This document shows positions 51,163-64,000 of a stretch of 64,000 nt of DNA, piece by piece. A model generated the notes under the pieces. The model saw only the letters and a program-made list of their open reading frames with translations. It made no database searches and was not told the DNA's origin. Source of the DNA: Podarcis erhardii (Eukaryota); the NCBI GenBank assembly GCA_964252035.1, contig CAXUOO010000044.1. The stretch is one strand, 5' to 3'. Within the stretch, counting starts at the first letter, position 1. Each line of letters opens with the position of its first letter. Position numbers and translations under genes: made by a program.

Positions 51163-54100
51163 CAAATGTTTGTGATGTAACTTGGTAATCGATGTATATA
51201 TGTGCTGTTACTGTCTGCGTGTCAATCTTTTGTATGAAAAGAATCGGGTGCCTGTTTTTTGGCGAGAAAAGGAAGATTTTGCCAGTCTATTTGTGCTGCT
51301 TTTTTTCTGTGCCTCTTTCTTTGACTGCATATGACATCGTCTTCTTCTGCTGTTGCTGTTACTCTGTATACGTTTCGTGTGTGTTGCAGTTTTGTATATG
51401 TATTTTACGAACGTTTATCTTCCCGTGTATGCGTGCAAGTAATATCATCCACATTCATAGCTGTATTCACACACACTGTAAATGTGAAGATCCCCTTGTT
51501 TGCCAATATGGTGACTTCTGTGCTGCTGCTACTGCTGTCGCCGCTGCTTTTTTCTATTCATGTTGTTGGTGGGTGCTTTTTGCTGATTTTTGGTGTGTGA
51601 CGTACAGTATGAAAATTAGAGATCTTGCCAGGATTCCTTTGATGCGTAGAATGTACTGACTTACTTGTGGAAGTAAAAATCTTTTTACAGTGAGCAGCGT
51701 TGCTGCTGTTTCTGTCTGCGGCTTTCCAGTCCTCTCTACGCGTCTACTGCGGTTCTCTTTTGTGTGTTTCCTGGTGTCTATACAGCACGAAAGTGCAAAC
51801 ATTTGCCCGTTCTTGTCATTCTTGCAAACGGGTGCAACTGCTAGGCACGATGAAAATATAGGACATGTGCTCCAGCCGTATATTTTTTGGACTTTGTTGC
51901 GAGTATCTCTTCGCTAAGCCGTTGTTGCTTCCGCTGTATGACTTACGGTGTCTCTACAGTTCGAAGGTTAGAAGATTGTGCTAGTAACTAATTTGTTCTG
52001 CGTATTATCTACGTATTATCGTATATTATGTATGTATGTAGTGTAGAGTACACACCACTCAGCTGCTGTCTATGTGCTAGTTTTCGTCTTTCTGGGTGTA
52101 TGCACGCATGCTGCTTTCGATTCTACTTGTTGTGTCGGGTTGTCTCACACTTCTTTGATTGGTTTTTTTGTGCGTTAATTCCTCTCTTTTAGCTCTGTGA
52201 TTTTTCGCCCTCGATGTGTATTAGGTTGTTTATTGCTGTGTTCCAAGGTCTGCACAATGGGCAGTTTCTGACCACTTCTTATGCTGATGCTGTTCCTTCC
52301 GTATAGGTTGGCGCTCGTGTCCGTGTATGTATGGCTAGCACATTTCCCTCGTCTAATCCGGTGCTTGTGCACTGCGAACTCAATTTTCTTTTGCCCGTTT
52401 TGATACCTTTTCTGCTGCAGCTACTTCTTCAAAATAGCTGATCTGTGCTCCTGTTCACTTGAATCTTTACATATATATATATATGTTTGAGTAGTTTGAG
52501 AGGGAGAGATTTTCGTCAGCTCTTTGTTGCGTCGGTGTTACTCTTTTGTACGCTTCTGCCGCTAATGTTTCGTGTCTTTTGTGCTTCTTCTGTGCTTCTT
52601 GTTTGGTTTCGGTGTATGCACAGTGTGAGAGTGAAAATCATCTGCCAGTCTTCGGTTTTGAAGCGTGCGCAGACGCTTTTTTGTCTCCGGCGCATCTAAA
52701 GGACTACTTGAGCTCAGCCACTAAAAAAAGAGGAGAAGCAGTAAAAACTATGAAACTCATTACCTTTCCTCCTTTTCTTTGCGTGCAACTCAAACGCTTC
52801 TACGCCGACGAACAATGGAGAGCCAAAAAGCTGTGCTGCCCAGTCTTCGTGAGTTCTCTCAATGTATATATATATATATATATATATAATGTAGAGAGTG
52901 AGAGAGAGATATTTGTAAATGCACATGTTCAGTATAAGTCTTCCTTTTTGATGAGGCAGGGCGCTGTCGAGCTTCGTCATACGCATGTGCAGTGTTTTCG
53001 TTTGTGGATCAGTATGCGTCAAAACAAGCTGCGTTGCTACGTCCTTTCTTGAAAAAAGGGTAATTTACTGTCCATTCGGATAAGATTTCCATCGAAAAGA
53101 TAGCTAGCAGTACTTTTGCTGAAATGAGTGCTCCACTGAGCAGACAGCTTCTAATTTTTTAGCGACGAATCATGTGTGGCGGCAACCATATCCATCCGTA
53201 TATTTGCATACATATGTAGATGAATTTTGTGTACCCCCTTACGCAGACGTAAGACACAGTTCGTGCACTAGTTTTCGCTCTATTGTATTGATGAAACAGC
53301 CCACTGCTGCTGTGTGCAGAGGTATGCGTCTTAGTGATGTCGTGCTTTCTTGTTTTTCTATGAGTGAAGAAGCAAAGGTCCATATGTATAGGTGAAACTT
53401 TTACACCGTATGTATAGCTGCTGTATGCGTAGCGGTGTGTGCAACAATATACATACAAAATAGCTATCTATATCGACATATATATCATGTAGTCGTATGA
53501 TTGGTGTTTGCCGTTCACTTGTTGAATGAGCGAAAGAGCTGATGTATCCATGCAAGAATTCACGTGTACATCAAAGAGAAAGCAGCAGTATCTGCAGGGT
53601 ACGAGCTGTGTTATTTCGTTTTTGACGTAGTAGTAGTAGTAGTAGACACTGTGTTGTTAATCTGAAAAGCTATTTGATGCAGTATATAGCGCAGTTTGTT
53701 CAGTGATTTGTCAGCAGTATGCGCAATGGTTATGCAGCTGTATATGCATCATTATGTGCAGCGACAGCAATCTATGCAACACTATGTTTAGGAGAAGGAT
53801 ATGCAGCAGTTTGTCTAGCAGCACTATTCGTAGCAGTCTGTACAGGAGTTTTTTGTAGAGCAGCAGGTACAGCAGTGTGTGCAGCTGCACGTACCTGACT
53901 ACATAGAACAGTCTGGACAGAATCATATGTTGAGACTTGTGCAGCAATGTCTGTACAGCATTCTTTGCAGCTGAATTTGTCGTAGGCATTTGCGCAGCAA
54001 AAGGTGCATCATTGACTTGAGCAGCAGTAGATTCAGCATGCATCACGTGAAGCAGATTTGCAGAAGTATGTGCCTAAGTTGGTACAGAAGTTTCTACAAC

Positions 54101-56638
54101 GGTATCCACAACACAGTATTCAGAGCTGGCGGTATACGCACTTGCAGACCGTTCTCGAGACGGCAGTTTGTGCAACAGCATGCACAACAAAAATGTAATT
54201 GAGAAGTTGCCTTTTAGCAGGAACAGCAAGATCTGCCGCAGCAGCCAAAGCAAGGAACGAGTAAAGTGTGTGGCAGTTACGTGCACTCTTGCAGCACTGT
54301 CAGATGCAGCAGTATTTCCCTGAGTGCAGCATGAGCAATAATAGTGGAGCAGTGTGTAAACGTAAAAAGCACGTTGCTGCATAGAATGACAGAAATGGAG
54401 ATGGTTGTTCTTTGAGTACAGATCGTGTACTTGGTAGAAGCAGCAGCAGCTCTGCTAAGGCATTGTTGAAATTAAAGTTGTCGCAAGGCGGCAGCAGTGG
54501 CTCGCTGCTCGAACAGCGACAGAGCCCCGTGGATTTTTCATAGAGAAGAGAAAGTAGTCAGGTGTTTTTTTATGGCTGCCTTGCAGCTCTCGTGTACGCA
54601 TGCGGTCCTCAAGATTAAATATGCTTTCTTTTCGCTTTTGTGATGTATAATATGATTCGTTTTTTCATGTCCTGAAAAGACACCCACAACTTCTGAGCTG
54701 TCTTGCTTCTGCAATTGCACGTACATTCGACTGCACCAAAACTATACGTTTACACCAGAAAATCAAGGGGCTAGTGCACACAAGTATCTGTGTAATCTTA
54801 TGTTCTCTCGTAGAGGCAAATTTATACCCGTCTGCGCAGCATACAAGAGTGAAACTGTGAAATCCCAAAGACTCATCGGTATGCGTACATATAGGTGACA
54901 CTCTTAGTAAGACAAGAAGCCTTGATTTTTGCATAGGTTCCTGAGGAAATCTCCATTTCCAATATGCGGGGTTTTGGACTACAAGAAGGTGAAGTGGAGT
55001 TGCCCGAAGAAGAAAAATGTACACAACAGCAAAACAATCGAACTGGCGGAGTTGCACCCTTGGAGTTTGACCCTGAGTTGCTTGCACAATTAACAGCCAT
55101 GGGCTTCACTGAAAATGCATGCAAGTAAGTTGTTTTCGTCGCTGCAACAAAAGACTAATCCCATAACTACCGGTTTCGCAACAGTGCTGCGGAGCCGCAG
55201 TAATAGCATTTGTGGTGAATAGCGACGGCAGCAGCAGAAACAGAAACAGCGACACACTGCCACTGCAGCAAAATTCCAGCACTACTACAACAGAAGAACT
55301 ATCACCCATATCGTTTCAACAGTGTAGTTGCATCAGTGCACTGACGGTGAAGAGCAGCTGTATTATTGTGTGCATATATTTGCGAAAGCAACGGAAGCAG
55401 CATCAGAAGCAGAGAGCCATGAGCAGTAGCAGCGGATTATACCACAATCACGTTGTGTCGCCATTTGAGAAAGATTTCTTCTTTTTTTTTCTAGCCGAAC
55501 CAGAGCAGGTGTGACGTATTCGTGGAAAACATGTAGAAACACATTTTGTACATATTTCTTTGATGATGAGCTTGATATGTATCTAGGCATGTGAGTGGCA
55601 AGGTGTATTCTGATGTGTAGACGCATGGACAATCTCTATGTCATTCGTACTACAAATGTACGGCTGCTGCTGTCCCCTGTTAACAGATTCTGTGCGAATT
55701 GGATGACACCAATATAGGTTTGCAGATCGCGTTCCATCCTTGCAGTGCTGCGTATGTGTGTATACATACATTATATATCAAGTTACTCATGATTGATCTT
55801 TCTACGGAGGGCATAACTGCGCCAAATACCTTTATCATATGCACGTGTGGGCTCCTCCTACAACACATTTTTCTCTATGAGCACACGTACATATATACAA
55901 TATGTACATACGTATATATATCTATATTTGAGTTGACTAGGTTTACGTATGCACATCTATATGCGCATACCTGTGTGATTTCCCTTTTATTTATTCGCTC
56001 GTAGACGTGCGTCCTTGGCAGTTCAAAGCAGCAGTCCGGACGCCTGCGTCGAGTGGATAATGGCGCACTTAGACAGCTCCGATCTAAATGACCCACTTCC
56101 TACTGCAGGATCAACAGCAACTTCATCAGAAACAACAGGCAATAGAGAGCCATGTGCAGAAGCAATGGCTTCTATCGCTGCAATGGGTTTTTCAGAGAGA
56201 CAAGCCCGTGCAGGACTGCTGGCTGTAGCTGCTAATAGCAGCAGCAGCAGCAGCGAGGCTTGTGATAGGGCCCTTGACTGGTTGCTCAATCAAAAAGATC
56301 TGGACGAAGCGGTAGCTAAAGTTCTTGACCAGGCAGATTCAGTGCGCAGTTGTGCTGTTGAGAGAAGTGACGTGCCCCAGCAGCAGCCAGTAGAGGAGGA
56401 CAAAGATGCGACTCCGCTGCAAACCGTCAAGCGCGGGCTTGATGATGGAGAGGGGGAATATGTGCTGCATGGATTTATCACCCACATTGGCAAAAACGCG
56501 AATTGCGGACACTACGTGTGTCATTTGAAAGTGGGTGATAAGTGGGTGTTGTTCAATGACGAGAAAGTTGTCGAGGCAGTCAATCCTCCTGTCGATTTGG
56601 GCTACATCTACGTGTTCAAGAGGAAAGGTTTGTTGTAG
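34554..56638 (+). CDS. USP5: Ubiquitin carboxyl-terminal hydrolase USP5/UBP14 (isopeptidase T). Exons 34554-34756, 36756-37235, 38170-38631, 41111-41229, 43285-43369, 44529-44681, 45792-45959, 46938-47274, 49046-49297, 49709-49857, 50637-50939, 52624-52848, 54937-55124, 56005-56638
   Basis: N-terminal nUBP-like CTYT|LDSPLSPCGLFVNLSTF...RVYLHVK. ZnF-UBP WRCVDCGATKNLWLNLSDG|FIGCGRR...RHFL|ATGKKFPLIVKLGTITPYSADVYSYAED. Cys box GLRNLGNTCYINSVVQ; QQDAEEFL; LCVQLKRF. UBA1 LLAQLTAMGFTENACK|RASLAV...CVEWIMAHLD; UBA2 IAAMGFSERQARAGL...ALDWLL. His box ITHIGKNANCGHYVCHL...WVLFNDEKV. All junctions are GT-AG and phase-consistent, apart from a frame change inside exon 3. Confidence 0.95.
35678..35806. other. 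Assembly gap (129 N) in USP5 intron 1
   Basis: Run of N. Flanking USP5 exons join in phase, so no coding exon needs to be hidden in it. Confidence 0.98.
41692..42100. repeat. Two adjacent tandem duplications (~65 bp x2, then ~135 bp x2) in USP5 intron 4
   Basis: tatattgccgctgc...ttttcagcatagacatacgtata...tcatacataca occurs twice (41692-41820). tatgagaccagtttt...gaaagccagtctataca...ttctacgtcatgatcaccttataatgtaatatat...gcgaagtaaccatattctatata occurs twice (41826-42100). Confidence 0.92.
53712..54200. repeat. Degenerate 12-nt-period array (approximate consensus CAGCAG-TAT/TTT-GTG/GTA) in USP5 intron 12
   Basis: Units such as cagcagtatgcg, catcattatgtg, caacactatgtt, cagcagtttgtc, tagcagtctgta, cagcagtgtgtg, cagaagtatgtg, cagaagtttcta. 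Confidence 0.75.
56005..56638 (+). CDS. USP5: USP5 terminal exon (end of UBA1, UBA2, His box)
   Basis: Acceptor ctcgtag|56005; ORF 56015-56638 ends GYIYVFKRKGLL*. Confidence 0.95.
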
Positions 56639-57508
56639 GCTGCACAGCTTCAGCAATGGAGTGCCCGCTACTGTTTGCACAGTCTAAACGTCTTCGAAAT
56701 TCAATATGGCTGTCAGGTATTTTCTCGAAAACATGGAACACATGCCGCAGTTCAGCAACTGCGTGGACGTCGATTGATGTCTTGACGTGGCGAGAGCGTT
56801 TGAGAGATGTGCAGGCTCAGACAGCTTGTCATGAACTTCAGTTTTATTAACGGCCGTAATGGACTTCGGACTTTTTTGGAGTTCCGCTGGAATTACGAAT
56901 ACGTTGAAATCAATTTGATATATTTTTTCCTTATGAACTAAACCGAGATTAACTTTGGTCAGCAGTGCGCGGACATAGTTTGTTCCTGCTGGATCTCCAC
57001 CCCCTCAATACTCTAATTTTCTTTACGCTAGAACTACTCGTCTATCAATAGTGTACCTTCAAAACACGGTAATTATACAGAACTATTCTTTTCGAGTGTT
57101 TATAGACGCATTTGTGTCTTCTAGTCTTACGTTGGAAGCCTCCTCAAGATGAGTTTTCCATCATAGGGAAAGGCTAGTGCTTTTTAACTCTCTAATGAAT
57201 AAGTTTTAGTTTGTAGGGTTGTGCATTCAAAAAAACGTTTCTTTGTACCACAAACCCCTCCGAACATAAATTTTGGAAACTGAAAACAATGGAGGTTGAT
57301 GTGTCTACAGCAGATTAATGATTATATCATCGCAGCATCATTTTTCAAGTGAAAATTGATACAACTGAATAGCGCGACAGGAAAAGTCGAAGACAGGTAG
57401 GCGAGAAGTTCGAAGCCACTCCCATTTGGTCTCAAACGTGCGATTTAATGATGTATGTGAGATAGAAAAAAAAACTTTTCTACGTATAGCAGCAATATTA
57501 ACCTTTAG

Positions 57509-60168
57509 CATTGTTTGATCAAAATTTCTTCGCACTTGTTTCTGACGCCGCGTATCAGCGCATTATAACGTCTTGTGTCCTCTCACGAATGCAATGTTTA
57601 AATGTGAAACCGGCCGACGCGAATTTGCGCGATGCTATCAATTTGCATGTAAGTGCAGCAGTCGGTGTAAACTGTAGAGGCTACCCACCTTCGTGTATAT
57701 ATACATACATTCTTTGCCGAGGCTTTTAGCGTCGAGGTGATATTTACCGCTGCATCGAGGTGGCAAGTGCTAGAGAAGTAGCAATATCATATTTCTCGCT
57801 ATTGTGTTTCATATGTGCTTTATAGACAAGATATGACGAAATTTCTTTCACAGTTCAGTAAACCTTCAGATGTTTCAATTTACTTTTTCATCACCGAGCA
57901 ACATAATTTGTATATATCTGTTCAAAACACTGGCGATGCCAGGTTTACGTAAAACGCAGTGTATGATAAGTACAGACAGTATTGATGCGCATGCTCGCTC
58001 TCCAAAGCAAATCAAAGGCACTAATATTATTTCCTCGAATCTCCTTGATGCTGTTTTACTACTGAGCTCGGAATTTGGAAACAGTAAAATATGCATTACT
58101 CCAAAGGTCATGTTATAGGGGTGACTTATACCTGAGGCTATCGTCAGAGAATAATATCATATGAAGATCAACTTCATTGTCAACATAATCCATGTCTTAT
58201 ACTGAGGTATTGTAGTTTACTGAAGGAAAGCAGCTTTCTTTAGATTAATCACGCAGCAGAAACTTTGAATTTGGCATTCGAGTCGAAGCTCTTATTCAGT
58301 CAGTGGAACGGCTCGCAATGGCTGTTGAAAGTGCGTGCGCTTGAATGGGTGAAGTGCGTCATGCATACTGCACAAGTTTTCGCCGTTGCCTGTAAATGCA
58401 TTTTAGAGATCAACAGAAAAGCGACTTGTAAAGAGTTAGACATAGGAACGCGAGACTGACTCCAAGCAACGGATCGACTATTCGTCCAGCGACCAGGCAG
58501 AAAGCTTCCCTTTGCTTGTTAGAATGCAGTAATGAGAATCAATAGGAGAGCAAGTTTGTTGAGCTACAATAACGAACGAGAGACTAACTCCGACCGTCGG
58601 AAAGATACTTAATGAGTAGTCAGGCAACATGCTTCTGAGTGCGAAGACCGTACGATTGAGAGAAAAGGAAGCAGAGGGATAAGAAAAATTTTAGCCAAGC
58701 TGCTGTCATTGTAGCTGCCGCGTCGAAAAACTCACGGCCATTCTATGGAGTTTGGTTCCAGAGCAGCATATACTACGGTAAGTACCTGGAGGAGAGTGCG
58801 GAGTTCACGCCAAAATGGGAATAGCTCGTGAATGAAACATTACCAAATGGTTAACAGCTACTTCCAGTGTCGTTGATTAGGGTAAATACAGACCGGCGAG
58901 AGTCAATCTCGCCGCACTGCGTTCTCTGAGTGGTAACGCACCAGAGCACACTGTTCCTGTGTGCTCTAGCAACTATATGAGTATATGCCTATGATGCTGC
59001 TGCTTTTACTTCCGGCAACTCGGCGACGACAGGCAAAGGCTAACTGCGAGAATGCAGAGAGTCAATAAACGTGTTACTGTTGTTGGTGTCACTTGCTTCC
59101 AGCGATTTTGCCAACTTAATATGGCAGTCGGTTGAGGCACAGGCTTTATCGCGTCGTGCGCTATACCTATTTTTCGGTATATAGAAGGCGTTGAACAATA
59201 TGCGTAAGCCCGCAAGCAGTACTCTGGCGAAGATACGGATACATGGCATGAGCCTCTGTCAATGCACATTTAATAATGTATTTGTCGGTGTGCAGATATC
59301 ATGCCCCAGCAACAATCATGCTCCACTTAAGCAGTGACTATAGAAGGGACAGCGCTGGCCGTTTTTCACCAGCTTCTGCAGCTTAAGCAGCTGAGCAATT
59401 TTACGATTTATCAATCGTTTCAATGTAAGGTATCGATCTTTCTCAGCTTTCCAGTTGATACGAGTTGTGACTGCAGACCCACACACACACACACACACAC
59501 ACAAACGCATACACACACAGAGATACTGATTCGACAGAGAGCGCGCGAATCTTCAACTGTAACAAAAACTCTGTTTGTTTTGAAGGTAGTATGTGCAGCA
59601 CATACGGTTGATGAGCTTGAAAAACAGAGATACTCATCTGATGTCTATAGTCGATTCGTCTTGAGTACATACTGGCCGCTGAAGCTGTACTCTGCAGGCG
59701 GAGGCAATGCGCCTTGAAAAAATAGCTTGCCCAGGGGCTAGACGGCCGAATCAAGAAAAATTGTCAACAACGCTAGTGAATTAGAGACACTGATAGAGTC
59801 TACTATTCAACGGCTACAATGCAGACAATGCTACTCAGTTTACATAATATTGACCAGCGATGAGGTGACGAGCACGTATAAAACGATACGTCCTCTTCAG
59901 ACAAACGTGTATACTGTATATCTATATATATTATATATATTTTTGTATATATATCGTTATAGAGGTTTATGTATAAATCTACACACACAATGATGGATGT
60001 GTATATACACATAATAGTCAAGATTTATGTTACATTTCATTTGGTTGTTCATATGAGATTCGTGTAGGGCAGAATTTTGCACTGGCGTGTTTTCAAGTTC
60101 ATTATGCACGCCCCAAAATCATATCTAATGGCACTGAACATTCAGTGATAGCCACAGTGTACATTTAC

Positions 60169-60210
<42 letters not shown>

Positions 60211-60493
60211 ATGAGGTGACGAGTCGACCGCTATCTTGAATATTCTTGTTTTAAGGTAATAAAAAGTCTAAGTGGCACTTATTATGAGCCTAATTAGCGC
60301 GTGACGTAGTAATGTGGCTTACGAGGCGAACACACTCCAGCTCCGCAGTTTCCAAACAGAAACTCATTCTCACGGCATACACTCTGAATGATGTCGTCTT
60401 CGGTACAGCTCAGCATGGCACCAGTACAGAGGCAGTTTGGATGCTTCGCTTCTTGCTGTATTTTGTCGAGCTGCAAAACGAAATTGTAAAGCG
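57509..60493 (+). CDS. Candidate multi-exon gene of unknown function. Exons 57509-57648, 57854-57942, 58260-58330, 59335-59424, 60349-60493; ends not found
   Basis: Five stop-free segments bounded by YAG acceptors and GT donors (gtaagt, gtttac, gtgcgt, gtaagg, gtaaag) with mutually compatible phases 1-0-2-1-1-2. No family recognised. Segments were picked by eye. Confidence 0.4.
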
Positions 60494-63400
60494 GTAAAGC
60501 AGTACAGATGAAAGAGTTTGATATTTGCGACAAAAGCTTTCTTATTCTGTCGCCAACTAGATCTGGTCCAGGTGCATACATGAATGAGCTCAGTCCAGCA
60601 AGCTTATACATATACATGTGTGATCTCGCAGACGTAAAGTATCACTAAATCAAGATATAGATGTTAGTATCGTTCAAAGCAATCCACAAGCTTATTTTTT
60701 GAAACGAAGACCTTCTTGTAAATCTATTCATATATTCATATATTCACGAATACGGATATTACTAACTAGTTGCCGTACATAGCAGTAGATTATCCACGAA
60801 TGCACATATTAGGTAGCGCGGGTGCCCGCTTCATATATCTGTACTATAATGTTTCAGGTGTCATACGCAATTCTTATTATTTGATTTGCTCTCATCTTGC
60901 CGCCTCCGTAGCTTCATGTAGAGAGATGCTTGGAGACTTGCGACGTACATATATGTGTGTTCAGGAGATGCACAATCTCCATGTTATACTGAACATTTCA
61001 CACTTTACAGGAAGCCTACCATTCGATGAAGATGCACAGCTGCATCGTGAATTTCAGCTTCAATTTTTCCCATAAGCTCTTTCACCTCGATTCCGAACTG
61101 AGCATTCCCAAAATGGTGTGCACACATTGCATGCGTCATTTGAAATGCTGTTTATAAGTTGATTACTAAATGACGAAAGAATTTGCACCAAGTCTTTGTC
61201 AATGAGCCGATTCACGTATACAAGCGCACCCGCAATGATGCCTCAATCTAGAGTTATTCCTCAATTTGTATACGTCTTCGTCCGTGCAAATGCACATGTA
61301 CATGCCTAATAATGTAGATACAAGGTAAAGGTATATGAATGTACGGTATTTTTCTCCAGGGGCACTCTTCTTCTGGTTACTTGAAAATGGCTTCGATAAG
61401 CGAGTATACTTTTAGTAAAAACGTCTTCATATCTACTACTATAGAACCTCTTTTTCACAATACTACATTTGGCTTTACATATAGCTTGTACTGTGTCTCT
61501 CTACATAGCAACTCTCTCCAGTTGTCTGCGCCGACACTTCCGGAGATATAGCTGTAAAAATGTAACATGTACGTGTGCATATGTGTGTATATACAGTTAG
61601 ATATGTATAAAAACGCTTGAAAACATATATATGTATAAATACATATATGCGTATACTAATGCTTCATTACGTCAGGGACCGTACCGCAAGATATATGCAT
61701 CTTACCTACAAAATCGAGTCGGAGATATCGATGAAAAACACACATGCGTGCTTATATATGCACATGCAGCGTTTTCGCAACAGATGCGGTTATAGTCAGC
61801 TTTTAAAGCACTTTACTGTTTATATTCGTTAGATTTTTCCGTGCGACTCCAAAAATGCCTGCATTCCCGACCCGTTCCCGTTGTTCTTGTCTATTTGAAA
61901 ACTGTTTGACTGAGACATTCGTCATTTGTGGAGCAGCCACACCCATTATTCTACATTTTATGCGACGAAATTGTCCGAGTTTGGCATTTGGCAGCGAGAT
62001 GGCTAAGCAAACATCTGCTTTCTTTCATATACAGCAGTTTCATATCCAGTCAAAATACGTAATTGGTCTTCTGGAAACATCTAGAATATAGGAAACTCTA
62101 AGAGTCTGAAACGCCATTGCTAGTAGCTCTATGCACGTAGCGCGGAAACTGGGTCTTACATATGTTTTTGTTAAACACATATATATATATATATATATTA
62201 CATATATACGTATGGGTAAAGACCTTTTCCAATTCACATAAACGTATAACGTATGAACATTTTTAGCCGCCACCAACTTCCTGAGAAGAATTGTTCTATA
62301 TACTCATTTTTTGTGTTCCGCGTGGACATTGGTACAAGTTTTTGCGCTAATTTCAAGAAAATGGTCAATCTATAGTCGGTTTCTGGTGTATATTCACGTC
62401 GGCGTCTTCACTTTATACAGATAAGTATGTAAATTTATAGAGGGAGATCAGTATTTGAAGATACAAGATTATATTAAGAAATCATAGTTCACTACAGTTT
62501 TGCCTAATAGTTATGCTCCCATATAGAGAAAATAGCAGCAGTTGCTACACCGAAGAGTGAAAATACCAATAAGAACTGCGGACTACGTTAGCGCCTCCGT
62601 TCAACACTAACCTTTTCACGTTGCAAAGCGGTGCTTTTGACGAGAGTTGATGTATCAGGAGGAGTACTAAATACTTCGGTCAAAAATGAAAGTATTTCCT
62701 GTCTTTCGATCACACACATCTTCAACGCTGATGCAAGTTTTTCAGCGTTATCACGCGCCCTTCGAACTTCACACGTTAAGACGTCGCAGGCTTTCTGAGA
62801 TTCCTGTACGAAAAAGATTGGTGAAGGCAGACTACTCCCGCAGGTGTTGCGAATGCTCCGTAGCTCGGTACGAGTGACATAAAATACAAGCTCTGCAATA
62901 GAAAAGTTTGTAAAACAGGAATATTAAGATGTTTGCGCCACGACTTTACGATTTTGAAAGACTTTCGTGTATGCGAGCTTGTATGAGCATTTATGTAGAG
63001 CTACATCCTTGTACAAGAGGGTTGTAAAGTAGATTTTTCTGCATAAAGAAGGTGGAGCATTTTGGAAAGATGAACGACCTAGGGAAGCAAAATGCTTTTG
63101 TGATAAAGAGTTAACGCATGCCCAGAATTCAAAGTAAAGCAACCATAAAAACGCAACAGCGCGATGTAAGAAGAAAAGATGAGAAAAAACATGGGTAGCA
63201 AAACGGCAGCATAGGTATCATAGGATCCATAGTTCCTGAGTACAAAAAGATAAGAGAGGAGAGCGAATCTACTTGACTGTTTGTATGCGCTTCTGAAAAG
63301 TCCAGAGGGGAAAGAGCGTGAGTGTATATATATATATATATATATACTTGTAACGAGCAAAGGCTGAAGGTCGCACAGTGAGTGCTATCACTGAAGGTGA

Positions 63401-64000
63401 CCGCTTGCGAAATATATATGTAAGAGTAAACACAACATACTCTACACACTTTCAAATTTACCATATGTATACAATGATGATTCTATTTTTCTATACAGGT
63501 CTGCATGTTACTACTGATCCCTGTACATATATTCGTTTTAGACACTAGATAACTGTTATAAACAGGGAAGCAGACACTAATATATGCATATTTAAGTAAC
63601 TATGTACATGCAAACATGAATGTACACGTGGCCTCTTATAGCGTTAAATCAATTATAAAATTTCTTGTACTTCCGTGTCAGGTGAATCAGCGAGATTCGA
63701 TGAATTGATTAAGACAAATATTGACCTACCGCTACCTAACACTTTCTTCGTTCTCTAATGAACGGAGTCTCTCATTTAACTCCTCTCTCTCTGTTTCGCA
63801 TGTTTGCAGCCGCTCTGTTGCTCGAGACAAATTCTCCTCGATCTACACGCGCAAAGCCCCACGCGAGAAAGCGCAGCTGTAGCGCAATTGTACAAAGTTG
63901 TTCAACCAGACAAGCGTACAAACTTCTTGACAATCGTGTTGGCAAATCCAGCATTTTCCAGAATAGTTCCTTTCCTTAAATATACGCTGAAACGTGCTTA

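Noticed and set aside
58-56638. RCC1, DMAP1 and USP5 as a functional chromatin/ubiquitin gene cluster
   Set aside because: Mixed orientations and many kb apart; neighbourhood of nuclear housekeeping genes is unremarkable in a eukaryote without synteny or co-expression data.
56656-56850. ATG-initiated 64-aa ORF 17 nt after the USP5 stop
   Set aside because: Lies where the USP5 3' UTR is expected; no motif or splice support.
5838-63464. Many 60-150-aa ORFs rich in YIYIYI, HTHTH or CVCV
   Set aside because: Translations of (TA)n/(CA)n intronic microsatellites.
1-64000. Telomere-like AAACCCT heptamer arrays, rRNA and tRNA genes
   Set aside because: None seen by eye; tRNAscan-SE/Infernal were not run, so small ncRNAs cannot be excluded.

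Overview
Eukaryotic, intron-rich DNA. The CAG/GCA homopolymeric-amino-acid repeats, clustered TGCATGCA octamers and (TA)n/(CA)n-rich introns point to a coccidian apicomplexan, most likely an Eimeria species (inference). The ORF track ignores introns and uses GTG/TTG starts, so I rebuilt genes by hand from GT-AG junctions and exon phase. Three genes are well supported. (1) The 3' part of an RCC1-family gene (+, 58-4564), whose last exon encodes a ~565-aa acidic-then-basic low-complexity tail. (2) A SWC4/DMAP1 (EAF2) gene (-, ATG 27396, nine phase-consistent exons down to 15774), which probably splices on into two large Q/G/S/A/H/P-rich exons (13567-11113, 9669-9147), adding ~990 aa of prion-like tail. 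(3) A 14-exon USP5/UBP14 deubiquitinase (+, 34554-56638) with ZnF-UBP, intact Cys/His boxes and two UBA domains, but with an apparent 1-nt frameshift in exon 3. Three intervals (4.7-8.9, 27.5-34.5 and 56.7-64 kb) contain exon-like segments I could not assign to any family. Introns carry several slightly diverged 60-135-bp tandem duplications, a degenerate 12-nt array and one assembly gap. No rRNA, tRNA, CRISPR array or recognisable transposon was seen. All exon models are manual and unverified.
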